Shown: positions 60,825 to 64,000 of the stretch, one piece after another
How the letters are laid out: each line of letters opens with the position of its first letter
Position numbering within the stretch: position 1 is the first letter of the stretch
Assembly: GCA_003971905.1 (NCBI GenBank)
Contig: RSEE01000008.1
Coordinates: 806,001 to 870,000 of the forward strand
Source: Moniliella sp. 'wahieum'
Lineage: Eukaryota
Length of the DNA stretch: 64,000 nucleotides
Direction of reading: 5' to 3'
Translations under genes and position numbers: made by a program
Notes under the pieces: generated by a model
Databases searched by the model: none
What the model was told of the DNA's origin: nothing
Seen by the model: the letters and a program-made list of their open reading frames with translations, nothing else

Positions 60825-63680
60825 ATGCGACAGTTGGTTGAGCGCTCCCCACAAGCCCAGCCACACACGGCGCCAGTGGCTCCACCCCCCCGTCGGCAGT
60901 ACGCAGATCCCGCCACACTGTTCCCCTGCCACGGCTGCCACGAGCCGCAGCCTCTGGCTACTCCAGCACAGCGCCAGTTTGCCCAGGCACGCCGCCCGCG
61001 TGTGGGGCAGACATTACGCTCGTCACGTGTCACGCAGCAGAGCGCACTAGCCCATCGCCACAAATTTCTTCCGCGTTTACTTGGGTCCCCCCGCCTCTTC
61101 ACCATCACCTCCATCTCCGCCTCCACGTCCCCCACATGCCACTCGCCTGCCCTTACCGGGTCGCCCCCCGCCCCTGCCGATTCGCGGCCGCGCAGGCCTT
61201 CGCTCTCTCTTTCTGGCCTTGTCCGCCGCCATCGCTCCAGCTCGGGTGCAGGCCAAGCGGCAGAAGGTGCGACCGCTTTCGTCCCGCCTCCTGTCCCACC
61301 TCTTCCCGAGCTGGATAGGGACGCTCCGCCCCATTGCCACCGAAGAACCGAGCATCCAGCCCACTATTCCCTTGCTCCAGAAGCCCCCGCTGATATGGCT
61401 TCTGCCCTTTTGGAAGAGGTCGAAGTAGACGACCCTGGCACAAGCGGAGCCACCTCCTATCTACCCCCACACTTTCGCCCCACCTTCTTTTGATCCGAGA
61501 TACCTATCCTCCACTTCCGCCACTGGCAAGCCTCCTCTCCCACCCTGCCCGATCGCCTCCTTCACACCCGGCCAAACTATCAGCGAGCTTCCTTGGGCCC
61601 AGGATGCATCTGCTGCACCATCAAGTGCTCAACCCCCGGTTGCGCCAGGAACGTTGCCTTACTCTCGACTTTGCCTGGGGGGTTTCCCTGGTCCCAATCT
61701 CTCCACCCTCGTCTCCGGCTATCCCTGCCCCTTCCCCACGCATTCCCCAAGTCCCCCTGCGCCCGTTATTTCCAAGTCGCCCTCACCCTCGCCGCGGCCC
61801 CTCATCCAAACATATGTACGCCCGCCGGTTGCAGCGGCGTCCGAGAAAGAGGAGGTAACAAACGCCAGCTCTAAGCCTCCAATCATCCTTTTGAACCAAG
61901 AGGAAGCTCTAGCCCGCCAGATGGCTGACCGCAATGCCCGGCCTGAAGCCCAGCACACTGGTCATTCCGAAAGCACTGATACCTTCTCATCGGCGACAGG
62001 GAGTACAGCCGCCAGCATGCACACTACGGAGAGTGTATACACTTCCCTGACCACGAACGTCTCGACCCGAGGAGAAATGGAGCCGCGTAACACGCCTTAT
62101 GTGTGCGCTCTGTGCCTATCTCCTCCCGAGAGCGACTCTGTGTTGCCGGTCAAGCTCGTCTGCTCTCATCTTGCCCACGATGAATGCGTGGTTGCTCTTC
62201 TCTCGTCTCCTGTGTCTTCCGACGCACCAGTTTGCAAGTTGTGCCCTCTACATCCTTCCCATGTGGATACTGGTAGTGCTCCCCAACAGCGCCGCCCCTC
62301 GGCTCCCAAGATTCTGGAGCCAGTTGCGGCCAACCCTGTACTAGATGCTCCCAACTCGGCCCTAAACTCGTCCGCGGTTGTTGGGGCCAATCCGGAACGG
62401 GATTATTATCCCAATGGGCATCCACCTGCACACCAGGCGGCAATGCACAATACCCCAGATCCGGCTGCTACCACTGAGCTCAGTCCGGGATCCCCACAGT
62501 CCTTATCCTCACATTCCCATGGTTCTTCCCGAGGCCGGTTCCTCCTAAGCCATCTGGGCCTTGCGCGGCACAAAAAATCGCACGGTGCCGAGCATGGAAT
62601 GCCGCCCCCTGACCCTGCATTTCAAGTGCACACGACGGGAGCAGCAGATGTTCTCATGGCTCAGCTCAATCGGCAGCTCCACCCTAAGCCTACACCGCCA
62701 CCCCGAGCCCCTACTGTTGCCGCATCCAAGGTCGAACCAAAGCTTGGGCCTGAGCATGGGCCTGAACCGGCGCCGGAGTTGGAGGCTGGGTCTGAACCTG
62801 AAACGGAACCTCAACCCGAGTCCGAATCTGAGTATCACCCTCGGTCTACGTTTAAGCCCAAACTGATCTCAAGCATCCTCCGAGTTCAAAGAGGAATCCA
62901 TGGCGGCATCCCACAGCAAAATCAAGTCCTTGTTCAAAACAAAGCCCAAGCATCCATCTCAACCCGAGCCTAACGTCAGCTCTCGTCCTTGTCGACCGCC
63001 AATGCCTGGGGAGAGTCGGGGCGAAAACCGAACGGGGGGAGCCCGGCCTCAAGCGGAGAAAGTCCCTGGCCATCTGAACGTCCTTTTACGCCTGAACTCG
63101 AAGGGTGCCGGTGAGCAAACGTACAACACCGGTTGGTCCTGATCCCGTATTTCCTACGCGACAGAGTATGGATGAGAGCAGAGTTCGTCGCCCTGATAGG
63201 AGTTTCGCCCGCCCAGCCACGGCTTCGATCGCGAGCAGCAAGCATGGACAAGCCACGATCGCCCAGATTTGACCCAGGGGACTGCAACGACCCCAAGGTT
63301 CTGGCAGGGTCACAAGTGTCCATTTTGGCGTATCGCAAGCCAGAGCCGTATGAGCAAGCTCGTGGACGCTGAAGGTTCACGACTAGAGTCGGTCGCCACG
63401 CTGGAGTCTACTTATGGCCTTCCCGAGCTGGCGGACCATGTGGAGGTCACGCAAGGCAACCAAACCGCGTATTTTATGTGGTCGTGTTTGCTCAAGCCTT
63501 GGGACTGTACGCTGAAAGTGCAGACGACGAAGGCCTAAGCGACGCATCCTGTCACTCAAAGGTCGCATTTCTTCCACCATTACCCCAAGATCACGCTCAC
63601 GCCACCCCCCCGGTCCTTATGGCGCGGGACTCTCGCCTACGCTCGGTTCACATCCGCCTGGATCAGTCGCGATGTACGTT
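60825..63680 (+). CDS. Pro/Ser-rich protein with a RING-H2 finger and a possible PH-like domain (Far1/Ste5-like?); boundaries uncertain
   Basis: ORFs 60819-61493, 61654-62973 and 63269-63538. RING-H2 CALC-x15-CSHLAHDEC-x15-CKLC at ~62100-62245. Downstream segments YGLPELADHVEV and LSLKGRI. Confidence 0.6.
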
Positions 63681-64000
63681 AACGTTTCCCTCCTCGTCCC
63701 AGGCCAACAAGTGGTTCTGTCGCTTGAATTACTTGTCGGCCCGAGCCAATGGCTACCAGCGCGAAAGAGCCCCTCCCCTTCGGCCCCTCCGTCCATTTAT
63801 CCGACCGCGCAGCCAGTCGACTGGGGCAAGGCGTCCGTCGCGGGCAGCGCAACCGCCCGTGCCGCCACTGCCGCGTATTCATGTGCGCGACCCATCTGGC
63901 CGCATCACCCATCCTTCACCTCCGCTGTCTTCGTCTCGCTCTGGGCGTGGTCCGTCCTCCCCTTCTGTCCCTCGTTCGCCCTTGGCTTCCTCTCCTTCTT

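Overview
This is a gene-dense, GC-rich fungal genomic window. Short GT-AG introns with CTAAC/CTGAC branch sites and the protein sequences suggest a basidiomycete, probably Ustilaginomycotina-like (inference). Many single-base indels, often in homopolymers, break even essential genes (RPL2, RPB2, TEF1), which looks like unpolished long-read error. About 22 genes are supported: a partial low-complexity hypothetical, an FSH1-type hydrolase, RPL2, RPB2, CWC25, mitochondrial ACP, Rrp47/C1D, IML1, TEF1, PCT1, OCT1/MIP, uL15m, a membrane hypothetical, SLY1, an F-BAR RhoGAP, BAP31, DSC3, FOL2, a small coiled-coil gene, two divergent microbial-rhodopsin-family paralogs and a RING-H2 protein. The main finding is a ~411-aa class 1 intein in RPB2 (9828-11059, minus strand). 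It has a degenerate LAGLIDADG domain and is inserted at [13 protein letters not shown] near the Pol II active site, exactly under the standard RPB2-6F barcoding primer. The second finding is a head-to-head pair of opsin-family genes that keep the Schiff-base lysine but have an unusual D-S-A helix-C motif and an eroded retinal pocket. They flank a 4.7-kb spacer rich in palindromic micro-repeats.
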